Positions 12,100 through 24,346 of a stretch of DNA of 64,000 nt are shown here, one piece after another (the stretch's first letter is position 1; every line of letters begins with the position of its first letter). The stretch is from NCBI RefSeq assembly GCF_964194025.1, contig NC_134475.1, positions 17,546,001-17,610,000 of the forward strand, in the 5' to 3' direction. The stretch comes from Convolutriloba macropyga (Eukaryota). Both the position numbers and the translations under genes were made by a program. The notes beneath the pieces are model-generated. The model ran no database searches and was not told where the DNA came from. It saw only the letters and a program-made list of their open reading frames with translations.

Positions 12100-15000
12100 A
12101 CTCAATTCACATTTGTAAAGAATTTAAGTGACCTGATCAGCATCTGAAAATATCAGAGTCAATATCTTGCTGCAAAAAATGCAAAAATTGAGTGAGACGA
12201 CCTTAAACCAAAACTCGGATCTTTTCCGTTTGTGTATTTGAGTATTTCCTGATAATAGGTGTTAGTTTGCTGGATCTCACCCAAAAATTTTCATCGGTCT
12301 TTATGCGAGATTTATCGATTGCTGTGAGCTAATTTTGTCGGGTGTGCATTGCATTTTCATTTAACTTAATTGGCAATTCGTTGTTTTCATTATCCTGTAA
12401 TAAGGTTACAAGCATTTGTAGGTCATGGAGTTTGAAGGAGTACGACAACGGCAGAAGCTTCAGTTCTGATTGTCTTATTTTGTAATTCACTTCCCAACTA
12501 AAAGTCAATGCAGTACACTTCTTTTAGATACGTTCTATTTCTTTGCATGCAGTTTTATTTACAAACCATTGAAGCATAGCTTATAACTGAAGTGAGATAC
12601 CCTACATATGCATTAAGTTTTGTTCTTATTTTCGCTAAAACATAAATATTACTTTTAACAAAAAACCAGAACGCTTTTGAAGCTCTTGACAACGCTTTTG
12701 GCTATCTGAGAGTTGGGTAGACTTTATATCACCCAGATCTTTGTTTATTTCTTCTCTCGAGGAATATTGAATTTAGTTTGAAAAATATTTGCTGCTGTTT
12801 TACTGGTCAAATACATTCATTTCTTTTCTTTCAGTTTTTTCATGTCATTTTCTTTGCACCAGCTTTAATGCTTCAAGATCTGATTGGATATCTGCTGTTC
12901 GATCTGCCGCTCCTCAAGTTTTGCGAGTAGTCAATCGCGTGGTACACTGTCGAAGGCTTTGAAGATCGAAGAAAGTTAGTAGCTGCTTCACCGCACACCT
13001 ATGTCTCCTAAATCCATGTTGGGAGTTTTGGAGAGATGGCTTACTATTTCGTTAATTTCAGTGAAAATTATTTTTTCTAATACGTTTGATACAGTACAGA
13101 GTAAAATTATTGGCCTGTAGTTCTCAATCATTGCTCGGTTTTTGTCTTCATTGCTTTTTGTCATTGTTTGGAGTTTGCAGGTTTTCTAAGACCGCTTTTC
13201 AATTTTCAGATTTATTTGTTAGTTTTCACTTAGTTTTATTTCTGTTTGTTGTAACACATTTTCATTGTAATTGCATTGCCTTTTAGGAAAAAAAATTGGA
13301 GAATTCTTTAATGTATTTGCACTTCAATCTATCTTCATTGATTATGTTTTTCTCGTTAGACATGTTTCAGGATATCTTTTGCCTTTGAAGACAGATTTCG
13401 GGTTCTTTAGTAGGTCAGAGATTCTACCTGGAAAAATTTTATCTTCACTGTTTCCTTGATCTTGTCTTAATTGATCTCTTATCTTTTCTACTTTTTATTT
13501 TAATCAGTCTGCAGTGGTTCGAATTTTGGTTTTTATTTTTGGAGTAGATATGATATGCTTTTATGAGATGGGAAGATTCCTTTTGGACCAAGAGGTGGAG
13601 GTTACCTCTATTGGAAATCTATTCTTTTGGAAACATTTTTGGCATTTTTGGGTCGAAACATCGTCAAGCAGTTTTTAACTTTGCGTGACCAATTCATCGA
13701 TGTTGCTGTAGCAATAGGAGTTAAAAGAGGTTTTTGCAAATAGTCAATTAACTCTTTACAATTGACTTTGTTGAAGTCAATTTTATGCTGTTTTGTCTGT
13801 TTGCGCCTCAATATTCACTGTGAAAGCTTCATGATTAGATTTGAAAGATTTATTGAACTCATTGTTTGTGTCACGGTTTATTACTTTATCGGGATTGCTT
13901 GTTTGGAAGACATTAATTTGTTCGTGTTTTTTTGCACATTTTCGCATAATTTCTCAAGTATATTGTTTTCGTATTCATTTGTCGAATTAAATTTTCCAAA
14001 AAGTGATTCATGATTGCCTGTAATAATTATTGAATTACAATTTTCTATTTCCGGATTGATACTTAACTCATAAGGAACATTAATCATTGAAGTTTCAGAC
14101 CACCTATATAAGCTCGCTGTGGAGGGTTGTGACAACAGCAGTTCTGTTTTCTGGTTGTTGTTTGACAACAACATACCCATTTGTGTTCTAATGTTTTTAA
14201 GTTTAATGATGTCTCCAACCGCAATGAGAACTCCGTGCTTTGTTTTGTGATCATCAGTTTTTTGATAGATGGTTAAGAAAAGGTCCGTCACTGTGTGTCG
14301 TCTGTGCTAAAGATGTTTCAACAAGGCGCAAAACACCTATGCTTTCCACAGACAGACAAATTGCCAAGTTCTTCCTGCGTTTGAGGTCTACTAGACACTG
14401 ATAACTAGGAACTTTATAGCGTTTAATTTTGATAGTCGGTCTCTTCTGACTGTGTCGTTTCCGTTTTCGCCTAAATTTAGGTCGACTCACGTCTTGTCTA
14501 TCTATTTTTGGATTACAAGATTCCTTGTCCTCAGAATTTTTGCACTTTGTACCTTAATTTTATAGAGTTTTCGTTTTTAGCATTTCGTTTTCTCTTGCCT
14601 GCTCTTCTGGTGTCAGATTTTTGCTATTAAATACTGGCTGGCCATGGTATGTAAATTTTCATAGGGTCAGCAAAATAAGAAAATAAGTCTTTTCATTATC
14701 ACCATCTTTACCACCGGGGTTTGATGCTTACCTTCAGAGAACTTACCTAGCCGTTTGATATCAGTGACATTGCAGTGGACTTTTTGGTGCTTCATTGAGG
14801 CTTCTACTCCATTGAGGCTTAAAGTCATGCGCGCAACTGTCCCTAGTACTCTTTGAATTCAGTTGCGATATAGCTCGGAACCTAACTCCATCGTATTGTT
14901 CTTACTGACTGGCTCTTAGAACGATGTTTGTATTAATTTGGGTTTAGCAGTGGGAGTTGTTTTGTCAGTACTTGCGGCTTCGATTTCATGGAGCTAATTG

Positions 15001-15600
15001 TTCATTGGTAAGTTTTCATCTGTTATCTCTGCTCTCAGTTCTTTAGTTTCGGTCTGTAGCTGACTGATTGTTTCATTATCGCTGCATTCGGCTCAAGGAT
15101 CAACTATAACATCTTTCTGTATTAAATCCATCCATTTTTGGCATGCTGAGAGTACGCTGTTAATAAAACTCCTTTTCCCAAAAATTTCGTCTTGTGGCCT
15201 TCCCTTGCACTCTGTTGTTAAATGAATATTTTCACCACATGCTACGCAATGAAAAACAGCTGATTTTGATTCCACGTTCGCCAAGCACGTCTTGTCTTGT
15301 TGATTTTTTTTTAAATTGTATGTTCTTTGCTATATTAAGTATCTAGTTCTTAATTTGTAATAATTTTGGAGGAAAATTTGCGCTAAATATTATTCTTGTT
15401 GAGGATTGTCCTATATAATTGTATACTTTGTGAAAGATTTAAGAGTTTGAATAATCAAGGGACTAGAATTACTCGATAAGAGAAAGTGTTGGAAGAGCAT
15501 TAGTTAAGGCGACGGTCTCCTGACGGAAGGAACATATGGCTTATTTAACCACAGAAGCACGAGAAAAGATAAAGCCGCCGTTTTCTGACGGAAGGAGCCT
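12100..15600 (-). mobile_element. CR1-group LINE, degenerate, copy A: 5'UTR, PHD-finger ORF1, APE, internally deleted ORF2 and C-terminus
   Basis: PHD-like TCLANVES...HCVACGENIHLTTEC; ORF1 motifs KRLG and VFNSKNLTPEEQ; APE LVETSL and HGVLIAV; CR1-type C-terminus IERI...LKLLPLSY...HDL at ~12420-12560. Confidence 0.75.
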
Positions 15601-17180
15601 AGGTCTATCTAACCTCAGAAACTACCGCACTGGCAGCAGGTTTGCCACGAACAATCAAAAGATTTGTGTATGTTCCTGCCACGCAAGGTCCTTCAATAAG
15701 CGTTTGTAAAACGTTCTGTCTTTCAAAATTATGTGAATCCGGCTAAGTCCGAAGTCGTTTAACTAGACGCTACCACTCTCAGCTGGATGATTATTTGGAA
15801 ATCTTTGTTCGGCAGGAACCCCAGCGCGCAAACTTAGCGCTCTGACAGCTTACGGTTGACTGCGGCGTATATGTAAATTTCATGGTCGTCGATGTATTCT
15901 TTAAGGGCCTCGAACTCAATTCGGGGGTTACTCACATGACAAAATTTCGATTCGCAACGTTTTAACTTTCTGGATGATCGATGATATTATTTGCTACTTT
16001 GTCAACACTGAATGGGAAGGTGTGATAGCAGTCGTAAGGTTGTTTTCGCCGATAACTAAAACAATAGTATCGTATTGATATGCTTCTTGGACACACCTAT
16101 ACGTTTTGTGCACAACAACTCCCGGAAGTGAGATAATAGTGTTGTTGGCGAATTGAAGGATTCTCACATGAGAGTCTTCAATCAACAAGGCTTTTGGTTC
16201 AGCAAAATGAAGTTTTCAGAGCTTGATATCTCATTGTTAAGGTGTCTAAGACTCCTCCATTGAGTGTCTTCCACAGCTTACGTTTGATTCCACGTTCACC
16301 GAGCACGTCTTGCCTTGTTGATTTTTTTAAATTGAATGTTCTTTGCTATATTAAGTATCTAGTTCTTAATTTGTAATAATGTTGAAAGAAAATCTGCGCT
16401 GGATATTATTCTCTTTTTGAGGGTTGTCCTATATAGTTGTATACTATGTGAAAGATTTAAGAGTTTGAACAATCAAGGGACTAGAATTACTCGATAAGAG
16501 AAAGTGTTGGAAGAGCATTAGTTAAGGCGACGGTCTCCTGACGGAAGGAACATATGGCTTATTTAACCACAGAAGCACGAGAAAAGATAAAGCCGCCGCC
16601 GTTTTCTGACGGAAGGAGCCTAGGTCTATCTAACCTCAGAAACTACCGCACTAGCAAAAGGTTTGCCTTGAACACTCAAAAGATTCGTGTATGTTCCTGC
16701 CACGCAAGTTCCTTGAACGATCGTTTGTAGAACATTTTGTCTTTCAAATTTATTTGAATCGGGCTAAGTTTGAAGTCGTTTAGCTGGACGCTATTACTCT
16801 CAGCTAGATGATTATTTGGAAATCTTTGTTCGGCAAGGCCTCGATAACCCAGCGCGCAAACTCAGCGCTCTCACAGCTTACGGTTGATTGCGGCGTATCT
16901 GATCTGTAAATTTCATGGTCGTCGATATTTTTTAAGGGCCTCGAACTCAACTCCGGGGTTACTCCGATGACAAAATTTCCATTCGCAAAGTTTTAACTTT
17001 CTGAATGATCTGTGGTATTATTTGCTACTTTGTCAACACTGGATGGGAAGGTGTGATAGCAGTCGTAAGGTTGTTTTCGCCGATAACTAAAACAATAGTA
17101 TCGATTTGATATGCTTCTGGGACACACCTATACGTTTCGTGCACAACAACTCCCGGAAGTGAATTAATGTCGTTGGATGA
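15600..17180 (-). pseudogene. LINE-associated ~1-kb modules (5'UTR, start of ORF1, SGNH/GDSL esterase ORF): one full and one partial copy
   Basis: LLIEDSHVR (block I), SLPG (block II), YDTIVLVIGENNL (block III) and SVQLN (block V position). Confidence 0.7.
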
Positions 17181-20100
17181 ACAAACCATTGAAGCATAGC
17201 TTATAACTGAAGTGACATACCCTACATATGCATTAAGTTTTGTTCTTATTTTCGCTAAAACATAAATATTACTTTTAACAAAATACAAGAACGCTTTTGA
17301 AGCTCTTGACAACGCTTTTGGCTATCTGAGAGTTGGGTAGACTTTATATCACCCAGATCTTTGTTTATTTCTTCTCTCGAGGAATATTGAATTTAGTTTT
17401 AAAAATATTTGATGCTCTGTTTTACTGGTCAAATATATTCATTTTTTTCTTTCAGTTTTTTCATGTCATTTTCTTTGCACCAGCTTTAATGCTTCAAGAT
17501 CTGATTGGATATCTGCTGTTCGATCTGCCGCTCCTCATGTTTTGCGAGTAGTTAATCGCGTGATACACTGTCGAAGGCTTTGAAGATCGAAGAAAGTTAG
17601 TAGCTGCTTCACCGCACACCTATGTCTCCTAAATCCATGTTGGGAGTTTTGGAGAGATGGCTTACTATTTCGTTAATTTCAGTGAAAATTAGTTTTTCTA
17701 ATACCTTTGATACCGTACAGAGTAAAATGATTGGCCTGTAGTTCTCAATCATTGCTCGGTTTTTGTCTTCATTGCTTTTTGTCATTGTTTGGAGTTTGCA
17801 GGTTTTCTAAGACCGCTTTTCAATTTTCAGATTTATTTGTCAGTTTTCACTTAGTTTTATTTCTGTTTGTTGTAACACATTTTCATTGTAATTGCTTTGC
17901 CTTTTAGGAAAAAAATTGGAGAATTATTTAATGTATTTGCACTTCAATCTATCTTCATTGATTATGTTTTTCTCGTTAGACATTTTCAGGATATCTTTTG
18001 CCTTTGAAGACAGATTTCGGGTTCTTTAGTAGGTCAGAGATTCTACCTGGAAAAATTTTATCTTCACTGTTTCCTTGATCTTGTCTTAATTGATCTCTTA
18101 TCTTTTCTACTTTTTATTTTAATCAGTCTGCAGTGGTTCGAATTTTGGTTTTTATTTTTGGAGTAGATATGATATGCTTTTATGAGATGGGAAGATTCCA
18201 TTTGTACCAAGGGTTGGAGGTTACAACTATTGGAAATCTATTCTTTTGGAAACATTTTTGGGTCGAAACATCGTCAAGCAGTTTTTACCATTGCTTGATC
18301 AATTCATCGATGTTGCTGTAGCAATAGGAAATAAAAAAGGTTTTTGCAAATAGTCAATTAACTCTTTACAATTGACTTTGTTGAAGTCAATTTTATGCTG
18401 TTTAGCTTGGATTTTTGTCTGTTTGCGCCTCAATATTCACTGTGAAAGCTTCATGATTAGATTTGAAAGATTTATTGAACTCATTGTTTGTGTCACGGTT
18501 TATTACTTTATCGGGATTGCTTGTTTGGAAGACATTAATTTGTTCGTGTTTTTTTGCACATTTTCGCATAATTTCTCAAGTATATTGTTTTCGTATTCAT
18601 TTGTCGAATTAAATTTTCCAAAAAGTGATTCATGATTGCCTGTAATAATTATTGAATTACAATTTTCTATTTCCGGATTGATACTTAACTCATAAGGAAC
18701 ATTAATCATTGAAGTTTCAGACCACCTATATAAGCTCGCTGTGGAGGGTTGTGACAACAGCAGTTCTGTTTTCTGGTTGTTGTTTGACAACAACATACCC
18801 ATTTGTGTTCTAATGTTTTTAAGTTTAATGAGGTATGTCTCCAACCGCAATGAGAACTCCGTGCTTTGTTTTGTGATCATCAGTTTTTTGATAGATGGTT
18901 AAGAAAAGGTCCGTCACTGTGTGTCGTCTGTGCTAAAGATGTTTCAACAAGGCGCAAAACACCTATGCTTTCCACAGACAGACAAATTGCCAAGTTCTTC
19001 CTGCGTTTGAGGTCTACTAGACACTGATAACTAGGAACTTTATAGCGTTTAATTTTGATAGTCGGTCTCTTCTGACTGTGTCGTTTCCGTTTTCGCCTAA
19101 ATTTAGGTCGACTCACGTCTTGTCTATCTATTTTTGGATTACAAGATTCCTTGTCCTCAGAATTTTTGCACTTTGTACCTTAATTTTATAGAGTTTTCGT
19201 TTTTAGCATTTCGTTTTCTCTTGCCTGCTCTTCTGGTGTCAGATTTTTGCTATTAAATACTGGCTGGCCATGGTATGTAAATTTTCATAGGGTCAGCAAA
19301 ATAAGAAAATAAGTCTTTTCATTATCACCATCTTTACCACCGGTGTTTGATGCTTACCTTCAGAGAACTTACCTAGCCGTTTGATATCAGTGACATTGCA
19401 GTGGACTTTTTGGTGCTTCATTGAGGCTTCTACTCCATTGAGGCTTAAAGTCATGCGCGCAACTGTCCCTAGTACTCTTTGAATTCAGTTGCGATATACC
19501 TCGGAACCTAACTCCATCGTATTGTTCTTACTTACTGGCTCTTAGAACGATGTTTCTATTAATTTGGGTTTAGCAGTGGTAGTTGTTTTGTCAGTACTTG
19601 CGGCTTCGATTTCATGGAGCTAATTGTTCAACGGTAAGTTTTCATCTGTTATCTCTGCTCTCAGTTCTTTAGTTTCGGTCTGTAGCTGACTGATTATTTC
19701 ATTATCGCTGCATTCGGCTCAATGATCAATTATAACATCTTTCTGTATTAAATCCATCCAATTTTGGCATGCTGGGAATACGCTGTTAATAAAACTCCTT
19801 TTCCCAAAAATTTCGTCGTGTGGACTTCCTTTGCACTCTGTTGTTAAATGAATATTTTCACCACATGCTACGCAATGAAAAACAGCTGATTTTGATTCCA
19901 CGTTCGCCTAACACGTCTTGTCTTGTTGACTTTTTTTTAATTTCTATGTTCTTTGCTATATTAAGTATCTAGTTCTTAATTTTTAATAATTTTGGAGGAA
20001 AATTTGCGCTAAATAATATTCTTGTCGAGGAGTGTCCTATATAATTGTATACTATGTGAAAGATTTAAGAGTTTGAATAATCAAGGGACTAGATTTACTC

Positions 20101-20220
20101 GAAAAGAGAAATTGTTGGAAAAGCATTAGTTAACGCGCCGGTCTCCTTACGGAAGGAATTTATGGCTTATCTTAACAAATAAGCACGAGAAAAGACAAGG
20201 CCGCTGTCTCCTGACGGAAG
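17181..20220 (-). mobile_element. CR1-group LINE copy B (3'-truncated by the duplication breakpoint)
   Basis: Duplicate of 12561-15600; PHD ORF at 19719-19901, APE fragments at 18503-19116. Confidence 0.75.
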
Positions 20221-22266
20221 GAGCCTAGGTCTGTATAACCTCAGAAACTACCGCACTGGCAGCAGGTTTGCCACGAACAATCAAAAGATTTGTGTATGTT
20301 CCTGCCACGCAAGTTCCTTCAATGATCGTTTGTAAAACGTTCTGTCTTTCAAAATTATTTGAATCCGGCTAAGTCCGAAGTCGTTTAACTGGACGCTACC
20401 ACTCTCAGCTAGATGATTATTTGGAAATCTTTGTTCGGCAGGAACTAGATAACCCCAGCGCGCAAACTTAGCGCTCTGACAGCTTACGGTTGACTGCATC
20501 GTATATGTAAATTTCATGGTCGTCGATGTATTCTTTAAGGGCCTCGAACTCAACTCGGGGGTTACTCCGATGACAAAATTTCGATTCGCAACGTTTAAAC
20601 TTTCTGAATGATCGATGATATTATTTGCTACTTTGTCAACACTGGATGGGAAGGTGTGATAGCAGTCGTAAGGTTGTTTTCGCCGATAACTTAAACAATA
20701 GTGTCGTATTGATATGCTTCTGGGACACACATATACGTTTTGTGCACAACATCTCCCGGAAATGAAATAATAGTGTCGTTGGCGAATTGAAGGATTCTCA
20801 CCTGCGAGTCTTCAATCAACAAGGTTTTTGGTTCGGCAATTGAAGTTTTCAGAGCATGATATCTCATTTTTAAGGTGTCTAAGACTCCTCCATTGAGTGT
20901 CTTCCACAGCTTACGTTTCATTCCACGTTCACCGAGCACGTCTTGCCTTGTTGATTTTTTTAAATTGAATTTTCTTTGCTATATCAATTATCTAGTTCTT
21001 AATTTGTAATAATGTTGAAGGAAAATCTGCGCTGGATATTATTCTCTTGTTGAGGGTGGTCCTATATAGTTGTATACTATGTGAAAGATTTAAGGGTTTG
21101 AATAATCAAGGGACTAGAATTACTTGATAAGAGAAAGTGTTGGAAGAGCATTAGTTAAGGCGACGGTCTGCTGACGGAAGGAACCTATGGCTTATTTAAC
21201 CACAGAAGCACGAGAAAAGATAAAGCCGCTGTCTTCTGACGGAAGGAGCCTAGGTCTATCTAAACTCAGAAACTACCGCACTAGCAAGAGGTTTGCTTTG
21301 AACACTCAAAAGATTCGTGTATGTTCCTGCCACGCAAGTTCCTTGAACGATCGCTTGTAGAACATTTTGTCTTTCAAATTTATTTGAATCCGGCTAAGTT
21401 CGAAGTCGTTCAGCTGGACGCTATTACTCTCAGCTAGATGATTATTTGGAAATCTTTGTTCGGCAAGGCCTCGATGACCCACTGCGCAAACTCAGCGCTC
21501 TCACAGCTTACGGTTGATTGCGGCGTATCTGTAAATTTCATGGTCGTCGATATTTTTTAAGGGCCTCGAACTCAACTCCGGGGTTACTCCGATGACAAAA
21601 TTTCCATTCGCAAAGTTTTAACTTTCGGAATGATCTGTGGTATTATTTGCTACTTTGTCAACACTGGATGGGAAGGTGTGATAGCAGTCGTAAGGTTGTT
21701 TTCGCCGATAACTAAAACAATAGTATCGATTTGATATGCTTCTGGGACACACCTATACGTTTCGTGCACAACAACTCCCGGAAGTGAATTAATGCTGTCG
21801 TTTGCGAAATGAAGGTATCTCACCTGCGAATCTTCAATCAACAAGGCTTTTGGTTCGGCAATTGAAGTTTTCAGAGTACGATATCTTATTGTTAAGGTTT
21901 CTAAGATTCCTCCATTGAGTGTCTTCCACAGCTTTCGTTTGATTCCACGTTCACCGAGCACGTCTTGCCTTGTTGATTTTTTTTAAATTGAGTGTTCTTT
22001 GCTATATTAAGTATCTAGTTCTTAATTTGTAATAATGTTGGAGGAAAATCTGCGCTGGATATTATTCTCTTGTTGAGGGTTGTCCTATATAGTTGTATAC
22101 TATGTGAAAGATTTAAGAGTTTGAATAATCAAGGGACTAGAATTACTCGATAAGAGAAAGTGTTGGAAGAGCATTAGTTAAGGCGACGGTCTCCTGACGG
22201 AAGGAACCTATGGCTTATTTAACCACAGAAGCACGAGAAAAGATAAAGCCGCCGTTTTCTGACGAA
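20220..22266 (-). pseudogene. Two tandem ~1.02-kb SGNH esterase modules at the LINE 5' end (esterase frames ~20281-20939 and ~21300-21961)
   Basis: ORFs 20691-20939, 20281-20730 and 21650-21961 give IEDSQVR, LPG/FPG, IVLVIGENNL, VIGVTP and ESGSVQLNDFGL. Each module starts with the same UTR block as the PHD ORF1. Confidence 0.7.
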
Positions 22267-23245
22267 ACAAACCGTACAGCTGGATCTTTTAATGCCTGTG
22301 AGAAAATTGTCGTTCTATATTGACGGTTTGGAACATTTTTTGCGAACACGGTTCTCCAACCCTCGTCATTTTATACATGCTACCTCTTTGTGAGTTCAAA
22401 TTGTTTGTTTCATCACATAAAAGGTCGCAATGTGCACATGTTATTTTAATCTTGACATAAACCTTGCACCTTGTTTGCATCTATCGTTGCCAACAACGGT
22501 GAAGCAATCGGTTAATGAGAGTGTTGAAAAAATTGACGACTTCTTTTAGCAAGTCGAATAATAATAATTAATGTATCGCTGTAGTGGTTTTTTCAAGCTA
22601 TACGTCAAAGGGTTGAGTGTATTTTTAATCGAAGTTGACCAAGAGTACCGGCTTCTTCCTCTATCTAATTTATATCTAGCGGTGGTCTTGATCGTCGTTT
22701 GATGTACAATAATATCGCAGTGACAGCAATCATTAATGCATTTTGATCTCTACATTCTGATCTTCAGCTGGGGACAGGTTTATCCAGGGAAAAACGACAA
22801 GGTATCTGGTTTCATGACAAACGAAGACGATTATGTCGACTCCTATCATCATAGAGAATTAAAATTACAAGTAAATCAGAGCCGTCATTTTTGATGTTGA
22901 AATGGCAAAACAATTATTTTAAGAAATCAATTTCCAGATCCCTTCGAACTAGCTATCTTATTTACTGTATTTAATAACTTTCCTTATTCGCTAGAAAAAA
23001 TGAGAAACTCGTGGAGTGTGACTGCGGAAGTGTTTCTGGAGAACCTTGAATCTTTTCGTGAGTTTATTCAAACGGCTTAAATTTGAAAATTTTAAAGAAT
23101 CCAATAAGTTTTAAAATATATTTCCGAGGCAATGCAAGTTTTTTAAACACAAAAGTAATGATGAAATTGCACCTGGTGATGAAATTGACAGATTGGTTTG
23201 CTATCAAAAAGAGCTTAAGATTTTTTTGTATTAATCAATTTTGAT

Positions 23246-24346
23246 TAAAAAAACAATAAAGGGCCGTGTACACCATCCGGCATCGATGGATGTAGGTCGA
23301 AAAATAGGGCATGATGAGTAGCACTTAGTAGCCGGATGCTGCACTCCAAGCTGTTCCCCTCCAGACAGTGTAAAGACGGCCCAGTCACAAAAAAAATAAC
23401 AAGTGGAGAGGAAAGCACCTATATATATATATATATATAGCACACATAGGGAACTAGAATGGAAGGATTAAAATAAAAATGAATAAGCAAATGAATAAAG
23501 ATAAGCAGCCAAACACTCAGTGCAGCCTTCCCTCCTCCACGACGGCGCTAATCGAAGTCTCACTGAGAACACGAGACTTGAGGGCACGACATCCCCTCAA
23601 GCAGAGAACACAGCTCCTCAGAAGTGCGCAGCTGATTTTCGTTCGGATGTAGCTTATAGTGTCGGCGTACGGCTCTCCGCGTTTTTCGCTGATCTTGGTT
23701 GCGAGTTGTTTCATAACGCGCGATGCTGATGGACCTGCACCACCCGAACAAGCAAAAACCAGTGCATTGAAGCTGCTGTGTTCGGTTTCGCGGATTCGCT
23801 CTTCGTACTTATTTCGCTTGATGCTCCCGTGATATTTGTATGCATCTTTTATGGTCTTAGGGCAGCTCTTCGCATGAGGGTTGAAAATCTTCACATCGAA
23901 GAAAGTGCGATTAAAGCGGGCGCCCCACAGACCGTTTGCCTTGATGTCCAGTCGAGCGTCATCATCAGTGTGGTGGAATTACTCGAGAAAATTTCTCCAT
24001 CGAGCGACTGAAGTTTTGGCTCTATCTGTACATCGTGGCAAACGTCATCCATCAGGTTTGCAAACACATCTCTAATTTCGTTGTGTCGTAGGTGCGTATA
24101 ACCGCCTTTGGCGCAATGGAGGGCATGGGTGAGGCTGAATTCTTTCCCGCATGGGCATATGGCTGGCGTGTTCTTCGCTTCCCAGGTGTAGCGAAGTGCT
24201 ATTCCATCACGGAACTCAGTCTTCGTGAGGTCAAAACCATGTTTTGACAACGGAAGCGCGTTAAGCCAGCTTGATGCTCCTTTCTCCGAGGCCAGCTGGA
24301 TGGTATACTTCATTTCTGGTAGATTGTTTTCGATTCTGGATTCTGG
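23246..24346 (-). mobile_element. 5'-truncated CRE-clade (restriction-like endonuclease) non-LTR retrotransposon, 1101 bp, 15-bp TSD TTAATCAATTTTGAT
   Basis: ASSWLNALP...FRDGIALRY...CPCG...HALHC..GG...RHNEIRD, then after one frameshift (~23970) ARLDI...FFDVKIFNP...KRNKY...LVFACSGG, the typical CRE zinc finger plus RLE. TSD at 23231-23245 and 24347-24361. Confidence 0.9.

Larger units (their letters stand above)
12561..21800. repeat. Tandem duplication with period ~4620 bp (12561-17180 and 17181-~21800)
   Basis: acaaaccattgaagcatagc at 12561 and 17181; highly similar and colinear throughout; duplicated ORF pairs in the ORF track (14254/18880, 15093/19719). Confidence 0.95.

Noticed and set aside
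22300-23220. Possible second MULE transposase remnant (TAIINAF, NLESF on + strand)
   Set aside because: Only two short motifs and no ends found; too degraded to call.
23300-23330. Hammerhead ribozyme (ATGATGAG and CGAAA motifs)
   Set aside because: Core is ATGATGA rather than CTGATGA, and the flanking stems do not give hammerhead topology.
23420-23439. (TA)n as the CRE target site or tail
   Set aside because: The 15-bp TSD places the element end at 23246, so the (TA)n is internal to the 3'UTR.
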